This document shows positions 44,204-57,662 of a stretch of DNA of 64,000 nucleotides, piece after piece. A program made the position numbers and the translations under genes. Numbering within the stretch: position 1 is the first letter of the stretch; every line of letters starts with the position of its first letter. The DNA is from the human T2T-CHM13v2.0 reference genome, Homo sapiens. The stretch lies in the NCBI RefSeq assembly GCF_009914755.1, contig NC_060934.1; one strand, written 5' to 3'. The notes under the pieces were generated by a model, which worked only from the letters and a program-made list of their open reading frames with translations, was not told the DNA's origin and ran no database searches.

Positions 44204-46767
44204 AGAGAGTGTGTGGCATATTGTGAGTAGTGAAAAACAAATACAAACACCAAACACGGATTTCTGGGGGGAAAAAAAAACTATTCATTTTTTACTCATA
44301 AACAAAGAGTTATTTGCCATTACCTATATGAAGGGTTTTGATTCACAGCAGGACTCTTTTATGATGTGATGTGTAAATGATAGATATTAAAATTAAATAC
44401 TGTTTACACCAAAAGTTACAAACACATACATACCTACTCTCTCTGTCACACACATCTACAAGCCAAGCCCATCCTGGTCTACACCATGATGAATGTGTAC
44501 ACAGACTCTCTACTTGATCAGATAGAATTCAAAACCATGGGAATTGTTGTAAAAGGTCCATTCAGTGCCTATTGAGAAAGGGTTACTTTGTTTCCTACCT
44601 GAATGTTCCCTCTTTCACACACCATCATCAAAAATGGCTTTTTGACAATACAATACTAACTCACTTTTTAAAATATTTATTTAAAACTTTTAGAATATTT
44701 AAACATTTTTTAATAAAATATCTAACTATGACTTTTGGTTTATTTACAGACATACTTGTCAAATAATCCTACCCTTTCTTATACCAATGTGTTCTGCTCT
44801 CTTATTACTAAGCTATCTAATATTTAATGAGTGTCTCTCTGCTTCCCTCAAGCCTGGGTGCCCAGTTAGGATTCATTATGAGTTTTTAGCATATATACTA
44901 AATTTTCTTATTGATAAACAAATGGAACTCCAGTTACAATGTCAGATAACCAAAGAAAATAATGTGATTGTTTAAGTTCCCTTAATATTACTGAAATGTC
45001 ATTTACATTATAAAATATAAATTTTAAAAAGGGTCAGTCTCATAAAAACACAACCTAATTCTACTTTTTGGAGTCCACAGTTGAGCCATGTCACAGCTGG
45101 GTAAGTCCTGCTTGTCTAGTCACTTTCCTGTCCCATGTGCCACCTGCCAGCATCTTGTCCTCTACAATCAACTACAGTAAAAATGGCAATTCCCAAAAAC
45201 GTTCCTAAAACCAGGCTTTAAAACTTGGCAGGAGCTGCCCACATAAACATAAGGCCATCTTCACACTTTCTCCTCACACTTCATGAATAAACATTCCTTT
45301 ATTCAAATGAGTTGTATATTAACTAACTCCACTAATTTTGATTTAACTTTGAATGGTAAATTGAGTAATTCTGCCAAGACTGCAGAGTACGCAATTCAAA
45401 TGACAGAAATTTTAATAACGGGGAAAATAAAAATTAGCAGCATGACTCCTAAGGCACTATAATTCCAACACTTTTATGGCAACAGTAGAAAGCACTCATA
45501 AATACGTCTCCATTTACAAGCCAAGGGGTGTTATTTGGAGCCACATCATCACACATACTTACCTGCAATCTTCCACGAGCATCTTTTTGGGGGCTCGGCA
45601 GGCACCGACTAAATCTCCAAAGCTCCCCAGCCCCAGACATTAAGAGGTAATGTCACTGCTTTTCAATAAATAACAATGAAGTCGTCACTGGATTAAATGA
45701 TTTCCATACATTCTCACCATAAACAATAATTATTTGGCAGCTGCCCCTTGCAAGCATTGCATGCGCTTATGAATAAATCAAGCCTTATAGATTTACTAAA
45801 CCAAAACGTTTTACATTTTGCTCCACTAATAAGAGCCATAATCCTCCGCGGCACTGGGTGACGCTTTAATGTCATATGTTCCTTAATACTTTTAATATGA
45901 AAGATTAGCCCTGATTAGCTCACAAGCAGGAACGCTGCTCTGAACGGCCGATTGGTCACAGAGCCCAGGTCTCTAAATGCGTCTTTATTAATGGAGCTCT
46001 GCCTGCTGATGGGAATCCCCTAGTGATGACATCTCCTGGAGCTGCCGCCATGCTGTTTCTCCTTCCTTGTACCATTTCACAGACTAATGATGGCTTGCAT
46101 TAATTCACAGCTTACATTAATTTAAAAGAGCCATGCAAGAAAACATGGGACTGCACAGGGTCCTAAGTGCTCTGTAAAACTATCATCTAAGATAATAAAA
46201 CCACTTTCTTTCAATGCAGTGACTCCAGTTACTAGAAAACTACTTTGGACAATCCCAAAGTGTCCTCGAAGATCTGGAGCTCTGCAACCTCCATCTGACA
46301 AGGAAAGGCATTCTCTCCCTTCCCCCATGAAACAAGGGCAAAATTCCCAAACATTCCCAGGCTGTTATCCACAACCAACTGACTTGACTCAGCTTCCGCT
46401 GATTACTCAGCTAAGGGCTAAAAACTCTCAGTTCTCTGGTTCCAATGGGGAACTGGGGTCTACAATTCTTTATGGGGGAAAATTCTACCCAGGCATACAC
46501 CGTAACTTGCTGACCTAATGACAGTGTCTCACAATCTGTTAAACTGTCATCACCTCCAACAGTAATTCACAAACTTGATGTCTGTGCTTTGGACAGATTC
46601 CTGGGCTAGACGTCCATGGATCTTAACTCCAAACTAAACTCCATTCCTCGTGCATTATATAGGAAAACTAGCACCCAAACCCTCCTTCCTTTCTTCCTTC
46701 ACAAGGGTCACAAACCTAGACATTTCAGACTAGAAAGCTCTTTAGAGATTCTATACCACAACCCCCT

Positions 46768-47436
<669 letters not shown>

Positions 47437-49269
47437 CCCCTCATGCAAAGATGAGAACCCCAAGAAGGGGACTCACCCATGGAGCTAAGTTAATAGCAAA
47501 GGCAAGATAAGAACTCAGATCTTGGGCTGCAGCCACAGGCCCCTCCCTTTATACCACTCTGACTCCTGGAATCAGTAAGAAAATCTCCGTCTCACCAAGA
47601 AGCCTCCCAAACAGAAACATCATACACCCTGGATCGCTGTAACTCCTGTTCATATTCTGCGGTGCCTTTCAAGTTTAACCACAGCAAAGATCGACCAGGT
47701 ATGGTTGCAGAATTTACAATGATATCAGGTCTCTAAGACAGAAAAAAAAACACACAAATAAGAATCCTTGTTTAAAAAATAGATTCTACTGTTCCCTCCG
47801 GAACAACTGCCGCCTCTGGCTACAAAGCAATAATTATTCTGTCCTACAGCGATCAATAAAACTTCTTGCCCCATGAACCTGCTATTTCCTGACTCTGCTC
47901 TCCATATTAAAGATTTCCAAGTCATACTGATTACCCACTAAATGTTTTTGAGTTCTTTAAAAAATATCACTGAAGAATTCCTCAAATTAGCATAAGTTGT
48001 TAACAATTGAAAAGACTTTAAGTATTTCCATCACATTTATGGTTTCCCTTTTTCCAGGGTGTTCTCATTTTTCTTTTTGAACTTGTCATTTTAAGTGTGA
48101 CTGTGGCAAAGTCAGTAGGATACAAATTTGATGGTGTTTCTGAGAGTGTGTGTGACTGCTGCCACATTTGTCTTCTGAGGGAGAAGGAAGAATTGATTAA
48201 TAAACTCTGCCCTCTTTCTCAAGCAACAGCATACATTTTTACCAAATGAACCCATTAGCTCTTAGAGTATTCAGATTCAAGACCCCAGAACTTGTCTCTA
48301 AAACTATTCACTAGAGAAGCTATTACAAAATGAAACCATCTTACATCCTTTCCAAGGGCCTTTCAAGATTCAAGTGTTAAACTTGAAGAGTGAGTCATGA
48401 ATGTGATGGTAAAACCGTCGGCAACAAGGATGGGGCCTGAGGCTCCCACCCACTCTATGTGCCCCCTCTGTGTGCCCTTCTCTTGATGCCCCCAAGTGTG
48501 TACACGGCCCCCGGCATGAACGCAACTCCCCTGAGTGTGAGGGGGCACAAATGTGTGGCACCTGCGTGCAGAGTTGGGGATGGGGGAAGGTCTCTAAATC
48601 TCTAACTAGACCTGGCATTTCCTCAATATTCCATCAGTACAATTCCTCCATCAAGGCTGATTTACTTCACGACGGATCAGAAATCATAGGTAAATTAATC
48701 AAACGTTACACCACAGCTTCTCACCTCAGTGGAGGTTTTAATTCAAAGGCAGATCTAACAATCTCCCTCAGGACCTGTTTAGGCTGGGTCTGGGGCTGAG
48801 TGAATCAGATGTTACCAAAAGCATGAGCATGCACTGTGCCTCCCAGGGTGTGCCTCCTGACCCTGCGATTTGCGTACACAGAGCTGGAGCGGGAACTAAA
48901 AATAAAACCTGACTTAAGAACAGCCATTCTCCAGCACTCACCTGAATAGAGAGGCTGGAAATCCAGGCTCGCATGTCCAGAGAGAAGGTGCACACAGCAC
49001 TACTGGCAGCTCAAGGAGGAAAGGTGAAGGAGAGCGCACGTGCTTCCTCCTTTCGTAACAATGACTGTTCTTTTCCTTGCTATTTCAGATGACCATGTAA
49101 GCCGCACTTTTACCTTCTTCAGTAAATCACTCGATTACTCAGTGAATCTTTACTGAGAATTCCTCAAGCACAGGCAGCACGTGCTAGAGCTGGTGTACAC
49201 AGACGAGTGGGTTCACACCATGCAGCTTACTGTCTGGGGGGATAAAGTGTACTCCATTCAAAGAACCAC

Positions 49270-49712
49270 CCAAGTGGAAGAACAGCTGCCTCTAAATGTC
49301 CACCCACTGATGAAGGGAGAACAAAATATGATCAGTCCATGCCAGAGAATATGATTCAGCCTTAAAAAGGAAAGAAATTCTGACACAAGCTACCATGGGG
49401 ATGAGCCCTGAGGACACTATGCTTAAGAGAATAAACCAAACACAAAAGGCCACACAGCATAGGATTCCATGCATGTAAAATGCCCAGAATAGGAAAATCT
49501 ACAGAAACAGAAAGTGCATTAGTGTTTGCCAAGGGTTTTCCGGGGAGGGGGAGAATGGGGAGTGACTTTGGAGGTGATAAAAGAAATGTTCTGGAATTAT
49601 AGTAATAATGGTTGCACAACCTTGTGAATATACTAAAAAATCACTGAACTGTACACTTTAAAGTGGTGAGTTTTATGGCACGTCAATTAGATCTTAAAAA
49701 AGAAAAGAAAAG
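49270..49712 (+). mobile_element. L1MB 3-prime fragment
   Basis: attcagccttaaaaaggaaagaaattctgacacaagctacc...cactgaactgtacactttaaa. Confidence 0.88.
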
Positions 49713-50482
49713 AATAGTACAACTGCAACCGTGATGAACACTGAAGGCGCAGGCAGCCACGTGGTGCAGATAGGGTGTGACCTGGCCCATGAGCACAGAC
49801 AGTGTCAACCTTGGTGCAGGTGGAAGAGGGAGCTATGCTGACAGCTGGAGCAGGAGGAGGATGCGGAAAGGAAGGAGGTTCTCAGCATAGGAAAGAGCGG
49901 GTGCAAAGACCCAATGCAGGAAAGAAAGAAAGAAGACCCTTTTTCTCTTTCTTTGGAGACAATAAAGGGTCAAAATGTCAGCTAACGCCATGGCAATGGG
50001 TTCGATCCTGACAAATGTCACATAAATGCAACTCTTAACTCCAGCCATTTTATGACCCCCTTCTTAGCAGGCTATCAATTACACCTAACAAAGGGTAATT
50101 AAAAAACCACAGGCTATTCCAAATTATCAGAAAAACAATATATCATAACAAAAAAAAAAAAAAAAAGATAGAGCTCCGATACCGTGAAAGGCTAAGTAAG
50201 GCAACTGCTAATACCACAAACAGAATGAACCTGGGGATTTCACCTCTCCAAGTTTATACGTCACTTCAAGATGAAAACAGGCAGCTAGCTACGAAGAGGA
50301 CACCACACACATTTGCAAGGTGGCATCAAGAGCCTGCAAGTATCGCTGCTGCCATTATCATACAATAAAACATAGAGAGTGGGGTGTAGAGATTCACGTA
50401 ATTAGCTGCCCTCAGTTTTCTCACTTAGGGGATCAGATGAATTCCTTCAATGCATTTATCATGTCCAGCCCATTCTTTTCCA

Positions 50483-50691
50483 GCAGGCTTTCTCCCCCTC
50501 AGCACTGCTGGCAGGCTGAGCCTGGTAATTATTGGTTATGGGGCTGTCCTGTGCATTGCGGGGGTTTAGCATCATCGCTGGCCTCCACCCACTAAATGGT
50601 AGTAGCAACTCCCATGGCCCTGACCAAAAATGCCTCCAGATATTGCCAGGTGTCCCCTGGGGGGTAAAACTGCCCCCGGAGAGAATAGTGG
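50483..50691. mobile_element. MER20 (hAT-Charlie)
   Basis: ggggctgtcctgtgcattg...ccagatattgccaggtgtcccctggggggtaaaactgccccc. Confidence 0.85.
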
Positions 50692-50779
50692 CTTTGTAGC
50701 AACTAAATTGATCATATCTATATGGGCTTTGACCACTCCCTTGAGACCAATGTCATTTCTCTCATCTGTATGGTTTTCT

Positions 50780-50830
50780 TTCTTTCTTTTTTTTTTTTTA
50801 ATTATACCTTAAGTTTTAGGGCACAAGTGC
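50780..50830 (-). mobile_element. ~50-bp 5-prime-truncated L1PA stub with TSD
   Basis: T-tract plus attataccttaagttttagggcacaagtgc is the reverse L1PA 3-prime extremity. TSD tgtatggttttct at 50767 and 50831. Confidence 0.85.
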
Positions 50831-50991
50831 TGTATGGTTTTCTAAAAGCTTGACACCCTGACAGTCTCCCAACAAGACAGATGAAAAGTTATTAGAGAAG
50901 CCTGCTTAAGACACTCTGTTACTGTTCAAATGTCGACTTGCTAAAGCAGAAGAAAAGCAACATGGCCAATCACCAAACACAAGACCTCAAC

Positions 50992-51068
50992 TCCTGATGT
51001 CCTTTCAGCCTTCCTTTCTTACCCTCCAATTCCTGATGTCCTTTCAGCCTTCCTTTCTTACCCTCCAA
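50992..51068 (+). repeat. 39-bp tandem duplication
   Basis: tcctgatgtcctttcagccttcctttcttaccctccaa occurs twice in tandem. Confidence 0.95.
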
Positions 51069-51327
51069 AAGGAATTTAAGGATTAGGCATACTTTCAGTT
51101 CCGAAAAGCCAAGTTTGGCTCCATTGTCAGCACCAGCTCTGACATCTGAAAATGCACTGATCTCCCTCCAGCTAAGGAAACCTGAGAAACCACTCTGAAA
51201 GAACTGTGAGACCTTTGCACTAAGACCATTAGGGATTCTACGCAAGGTTCTCTCTGCTCCTTGCAAAATTACAGGCGTCATGAAGGATGGCGGCTCGTAA
51301 ATCGAAGCCTTTGAAACAGGGGCTCAC

Positions 51328-51568
51328 CGTCCGGCGGCATCAACACCTTGTTGTTCTGTGTGCACCACCCCACGGGGTGCAAATCCGCGATGACTACGTC
51401 ACACCAGAAGTCGGCCCTGCGGTCCTCCCCGTAACCGCAGTAGCGCAGAAGCAGCAGCTGCCCGCACGTGGTAATGATCGTGGCCACCCAGTACGTGTCC
51501 GGGTTGTTCTTATTAGCCACTTCCAATTTCATTCCTGGCTGGAAGTTGCTCTGAATGCTGATTTCAAC
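51328..51568 (-). CDS. SFMBT2: SFMBT2 coding exon (probably exon 4), 241 nt, core of MBT repeat 1; CpG-rich
   Basis: The acceptor is tttctgattccttaAG|GTTGAA and the donor is GACG|GTgagc. It encodes the MBT motifs GMKLEV, YWVATI, LRYCGY, DFWCD and LHPVGWC, entering in phase 0 and leaving in phase 1. Confidence 0.97.
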
Positions 51569-51709
51569 CTTAAGGAATCAGAAATAGAGAAAACCCATTA
51601 CTACACTAGACACAATACATCCAGAAGATGACAAAAACCACTAAAAAATATGGCACTTACAAACAATATTCCTGTTGCTCTAAAACAGGCATGTATTTAT
51701 CTAAGTAAT

Positions 51710-52015
51710 ACACTATGGAAGCCACAAACGTAATGCTAAACTTTACATTTGCAGCCAGCCACGTTAAGAACAAAAAAGAATAAATTTAATTCTAACAATA
51801 TATTTTAACCCAATATATCCAAAACATTATCACCTCAACATGTAATCAATATAAAAAACATTAATGAAACAACCAACTGTCTTCTTTTTGAATAAAGCCT
51901 CTAAAACCTGGTGTGTATTCTACACTCAGAGCACATCTGAATGTGGACTACACGGTTTTCAAGGACTCACAGGACCACATGATAGGGGCTATTCCATGAA
52001 CAACATGGCCCTAGA
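51710..52015. mobile_element. MER33-like (hAT-Charlie)
   Basis: taacccaatatatccaaaacattatc...acatgtaatcaatataaaa...ctggtgtgtattctacactcagagcacatct. Confidence 0.75.
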
Positions 52016-52728
52016 AAATGGAGTTGTTTTTTAATTAAGGGTGATAGTCTGTTGATATCTACCAGCCCTCAACCCCAGAAAAAGCTTTCCAGCCTGGTGG
52101 GTCTTAACATTGCAAAGCTGACATATCCGCTGTCCGCAAGTGGCCACTGCTGAAAGGAGATGACAGACTTATCAATCACACTTGCATGGGTCTGAGGCTA
52201 CTTTTCCTTTAAACCTGGCATACGGACCTGGGGACTTCTGCAGCCTGAAGGACAGCCTCCAGCTCTGGCCCCCAGGACACTATATTGTGATTAAAAGGGA
52301 GGTGGGAGGATTGACTGAATCAAAGAAAATAGGAGTGACTCCATACAGAGAGAAATTGATAACTTCTCAGTACAGAAAGGAAGGAAAAATTGTGATCAAT
52401 GTCTCTTTCCTAAACTGCCTAAGGCAACTGCCAAATCATCTCAGCATCTTAAGATATAAATGTTACAATGGCTTTTGCGGGACCATAACCACATCATATG
52501 CTTGAAAGCTTTGCTATGTTTTAATATTTAGCTCTTGGTTTTACTAAACAGCCACAATCACGTTCATAATAAACTAGTAAATATAGCATGATGAGTATAA
52601 AGAGAAATGGAAACATGATCTACCTTTTCAGGGTCACAGAAATTTAATAAAAATCTTAAATTCCTTTTGGAAAGAACACTTCACCTCTAAAAAGAATAAA
52701 ATGTTGTATTAAAATAAGGAATCAAATC

Positions 52729-52862
52729 GGGCATGGTGATGCATGCCTGTAATCTCAGCTACTCGAGAGGCTGAAGTAGGAGGATAGCTTGAGCCTGGAG
52801 TTCGAGGCCAACTCAGGCAACATGGCGAGACTTGGCTAACAGAAAATAAATAAATAAAAATA
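52729..52862 (+). mobile_element. FLAM-type Alu monomer
   Basis: Single arm. TSD aaaataaggaatcaaa on both flanks. Confidence 0.85.
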
Positions 52863-53547
52863 AGGAATCAAAGTTCTGGCTTCTTCATTCAGCCAAGGAG
52901 CCAAAAGGAAGAACAGGTTAAGAAAGTGCCCCGATTTACTGATGAAACTCAGGCTGAATCTTTGCCCTGCATGGACAAAGTGAAAAATGTTTCTCAGAGT
53001 TAAATCTCCATTTCTATTTCTATTAAAACAAAAATTAAAGACTAAATTTCCAGGACCCAACTTCTTAGAACCCAGGTGAGTTAGACTTTTCCCTGCTAAT
53101 GATATTATACATTACCAGTATCTTACACCAAAGCGAAAACCTGATAAAAACTGACTTTTTAAAAATTTTCTGGGACTTGCCCAGTGCTGGACATGCTATT
53201 TGCATTATCCAAAGAAACATTATTGATGAGAGTGGTTTTTTTGGTTGGATCCAAATGTTTTCATCATATTTATGGTTAGTTCCTCTAATCTGACTCATCT
53301 GCCAATAAATGGCTGGAAATCTTTTATGAGCTTTTTCAAAATCAAAATATTAATTGAAACTGAAAACATACAGCCATTACACCTACTAAGAATACATTAC
53401 ACCTACTGGTTTAGTTTTCCAGCTCTTTACTTACTCAAGCTGACCCTACCTGTGGTCTATATTCCCTGTAGCTATCCAGGGAAACCAAGCTAACTTCCAG
53501 GTCTCCTCCTTCTTCCTAAGAAATCTTGGCTGAATTTCCATCTTGCC

Positions 53548-53845
53548 TTTTTGTTTGAGACAGGGTTTCACTCTATCACCCAGGCTGGGGTGCAGTGGCG
53601 CAATCTTGGCTCACTGCAATCTCCACCTCCTGGGCTCAAGTGACCCTCCCCACCTCGGCCCCCCAAGTAGCTGGGACTACAGGCGTGCACCACCACACCC
53701 AGCTAATTTTTATATTTTTTGTAGGGATGGGATTTAGCCATGTTTCCCAGGCTGGTCTTGAACTCCTCAATTCAAGTGATTTGCCAGTCTCAGCCTCAGC
53801 CTCCCAAAGTGCTGGGATTACAGGTGTGAGCCACCATGCCTGGCC
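53548..53845 (-). mobile_element. AluJ in the 2.4-kb intron
   Basis: Reverse diverged dimer, ~115 nt from the exon donor. Confidence 0.92.
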
Positions 53846-53959
53846 ACGAATTTCCCTCTTTCCTCTGCCCTTCTTCCATTGAGTTCTCCGGCTTCTCCCT
53901 ATAGATTCCTTCCCTTCCCACTTTCTAGACACAGAGAAGACACAAGCTGCTTTACATAC

Positions 53960-54054
53960 GTGTTTGAATGATGTGTGGGGAGCAGCACTTGCTCCTGTCT
54001 CTTCCAAATATTCTCCCCAGTTAAAGCCAGTTTCCTCCAAGCTTGAGCCTTCTT
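53960..54054 (-). CDS. SFMBT2: SFMBT2 coding exon (probably exon 3), 95 nt, start of MBT repeat 1
   Basis: The minus-strand acceptor is ttttgtttttcaacAG|AAGAAGGC and the donor is AAACAC|GTatgt. The exon encodes (E)[31 protein letters not shown], entering in phase 1 and leaving in phase 0. Confidence 0.96.
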
Positions 54055-54795
54055 CTGTTGAAAAACAAAAGAACAGAATATCAATACTGGAGTGGAGGAC
54101 AGAAAGGTGCTGGCCTGCAACTGAGACCAGAAAATCCTTCATACAAGACACAAGCTAATTCCACAGTTCAGAAGGATATTGCTGAATTTTTTGCAAAGCT
54201 TCAGTCTGCTGATTTTAGAAGTGTTGACTAAAGAAAGGAAAACATGGGACATTCCGCTTTGACTGCACTGATGAAATCAAGAGTAACACTGGGTTCTCTG
54301 GGGTAAATAACATGAGACATGTTCCAACGCATATTTGCTACATGTTCGTGTAATAGTTTGAAATTAGCTGCAGTAGACATCCCAGCCTGCAGGGAGGCTG
54401 GAGGACAAGGCGAAGGAACCCATCGTGCGCTGAGCAAGGGCTGTGATGTAGGCTGTGATGTATACAGAGAACAGCACTAATTGTTATAAAGATAAAGCAC
54501 TGACTCTGGCATCATTTTAAGGGGAAAAAGAGAAAATGAGGCCCCAAAGAATTGCTCGAGTGTGTGGGGCCACCCAGCCAGTCAACAACACAAACCGACC
54601 AGCTGCCTGACACTCCCGATGCCTGGCCAGTCCAAGGCTCCCAACTCTTACCTACTGCCGGGACACAGCTGTTGGGGCCCGACACTCCGGCAGAAACCAA
54701 CAGTGCATGTGTTTCTCCAACCACAAGGAATAAAGAGAAATACAATCAAATGCACAACATGGCTCTTAAAATCGTAACTATTTGTAGGGGGGTAT

Positions 54796-55105
<310 letters not shown>

Positions 55106-55596
55106 AGAATCATAACTATTTGAATTTCACAAATCCACACACCCAGGCTTGAAGGAAATCAAGCAATTCCCCAAACATTTAAGGCTACATATACGATAAA
55201 ACTTGTATAGCCAAAAAGCATCAAATAATGCATTTTAACATATACACGGCATAAATGTGATGGCATCATTTTAAATGGAAATAATAAGCTGTAAACATTA
55301 TTTGAACCAATTGGCAAGGCCATGATAAGAACATACAACAGAAAGAGCTGTCCAAAATGCACACGAGAGTTCCAAAAGTTTAGATGATCTTCCTGCAATA
55401 ATGTCCAATGGATGCTGATGCTCAACCCATTTATCTTCTAGAAACAAGAGCCTGTGTCACTGGCCAAGAGTAAATACTGCTTTCCATCTTGTGGCTGGTA
55501 GAGAACTGATATCCGATCCTATCAGATAGGCCAGGGGACATGGGGCCAAATAAGAATGCCTTCTTCTGGAGACTATCACTACTTTTTGTCCACCTG

Positions 55597-55897
<301 letters not shown>

Positions 55898-56685
55898 CTT
55901 CTTGAAATTTTTGAATTATAAGTAGGAAAAGTAAGTCTCTCTTAATACTTTGTGTACTCTCAGAAATTGAGGGAAGAGGATCATTTTTGTAAAGTCAGAA
56001 GAGCTGAATTGAAAGGCTATTTTAAATTTTGCCTTCTAAGCCCAAGTTGCTTAGAATGGCCTCCTCAACTTTTGCTTCAATAAAGTGACTTACAGTCAAA
56101 CATCCAAAAAAGAAAAAGAAAAAGCTATCAGGAGAGAAAACCTTTCCTTGGTGGTGCTCTAACATTCGGTCCCACCCAGGGATTGACGCCCTTCAAACAG
56201 AAATGCACTTCCTGAGAAAATAAGTCAACAGGTCCTGCAGCCTCCAGTGAAGAATGGATGACACCAAGAAGTTTAGAGCGTCACAGACACAGCGAAGTGA
56301 ACTAGAGAGAAAGCAGCCGTCTCCTGGAAAACACCTCAGGGTGGTACCTGATGGCTCTGTTGACAGTCCCCTGCCTCCCAACGGCACTGGGCACCTCTTA
56401 CCAAATTTGCTTTCCGATGCACTAGTCAGAGGCGTCAGCTCAGCACTATTGCTCTGCCCCAACGTCCTGATGCAGTATCTAAGGATAGCAAACTTGCTGC
56501 AGACAAAGTCCAGAGCTTCTTTCCATCCTCCTTGTCTGGCCTCAGCTTGAACCAGACCCTCCTGCAGCCCCCTGCCTGCCCTAGCCTGTGTCAGTAACTT
56601 CCAGCTCTACAAAGCAGCCACCGCCCTCCCAGGCACATCCTAAGAGCTCTGCTGTGTTCGAGTGTCACTTCTGTGCTACAAGGCT

Positions 56686-57112
56686 TGCTATGATTTGAAT
56701 GTCGTCTGTCCCCACCAAAAGTCATGTTGCAATCTGATTCCCAATGTGGCAGTGCTGGGAGCTGAGGTCTAGCAGGGGCTATCTGGGTCATGGGGGCAGA
56801 TCCCTCATGACTAGATTAATGTCCTCCCTCAGGGGTGAGTTCTGGCTCTTGAAGGAATGGATGACTTCCCTCGAGAGTGGGTTGTTAAGACCCTGGTTAC
56901 TCTCTTGCTTCCTCTTTCCATGTGATCTCTCTGCACACACCTGCTCCCCTTCCTCTTTCTGCCAAGAGCGGGAACAGCCTGAGGCCCTCACCAGATGCAG
57001 CTGCCCGTCATAGACTTCGCAGCCACCAGAATCAGGAGTTGAATAAACCTTTTCTTTATAAATTATGCAGACTCGGGTATTCTGTTATAGGAATACGAAA
57101 CAGAATGAAACA
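56686..57112 (+). mobile_element. MST-family (MSTB/C-like) solo LTR
   Basis: tgctatgatttgaatgt...gaggccctcaccagatgcag...aataaacctttctttataaatta...ggtattctgttatag. Confidence 0.87.
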
Positions 57113-57662
57113 GTGGTTTACAGGTATTGCCTCACAATCCTCCCAAGAACGATGATGGATGTATACTCACAGGGGCAATCTTGAGAGCTCAGAAAGGACA
57201 GGGAATCACCCTGAGCCACTGTTGTCCAGCATCAGGGTCAGGAGTCCAAAGCTGGAGCTCTTATGAAGTACTTTCCCCCTCCTTCTCCCACCTGTATCAT
57301 GCACCAGAAACCACCACTGCCACCACCCGTGTCTCCTGCAGAATCCTAGGGAGGTTTCAAAGTGATGAGTCTGTCTCTCCATGTTGGTGAACCCTGAAAC
57401 AGTCTACAGCCAAAAAAGCAGGAAAAGGGAAGACACAGGAAGCCGTGGCCACCTGCGAAGAGGAGAAGAGTGGACTGAGCTCCCAGAACCTGTGTGTGAG
57501 GAAGAAGAAGAGCACCTGGGAAGAAGACATCGGCATGAAACTCAGTCCTGGGCCGAAGGAGGCACAAGGTTCTACGTAGGACTCCGAGAATGATAGCTGC
57601 TGAAAAACGGGACAAGTTGTCCTGGGTGACTCCTTCCTGCAAATCACAAACATGCAAATCGA

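Noticed and set aside
45555-45575. Possible U1 snRNA pseudogene (atacttacctg)
   Set aside because: The match stops after 11 nt, whereas U1 continues gcagggg. It is better explained as a minus-strand splice donor.
51287-51631. 114-aa plus-strand ORF antisense to exon 4
   Set aside because: Shadow ORF of a GC-rich coding exon, with no independent evidence.
53636-54151. 171-aa ORF covering exon 3
   Set aside because: Only 53960-54054 is coding. The rest is intron and Alu-derived ([17 protein letters not shown]).
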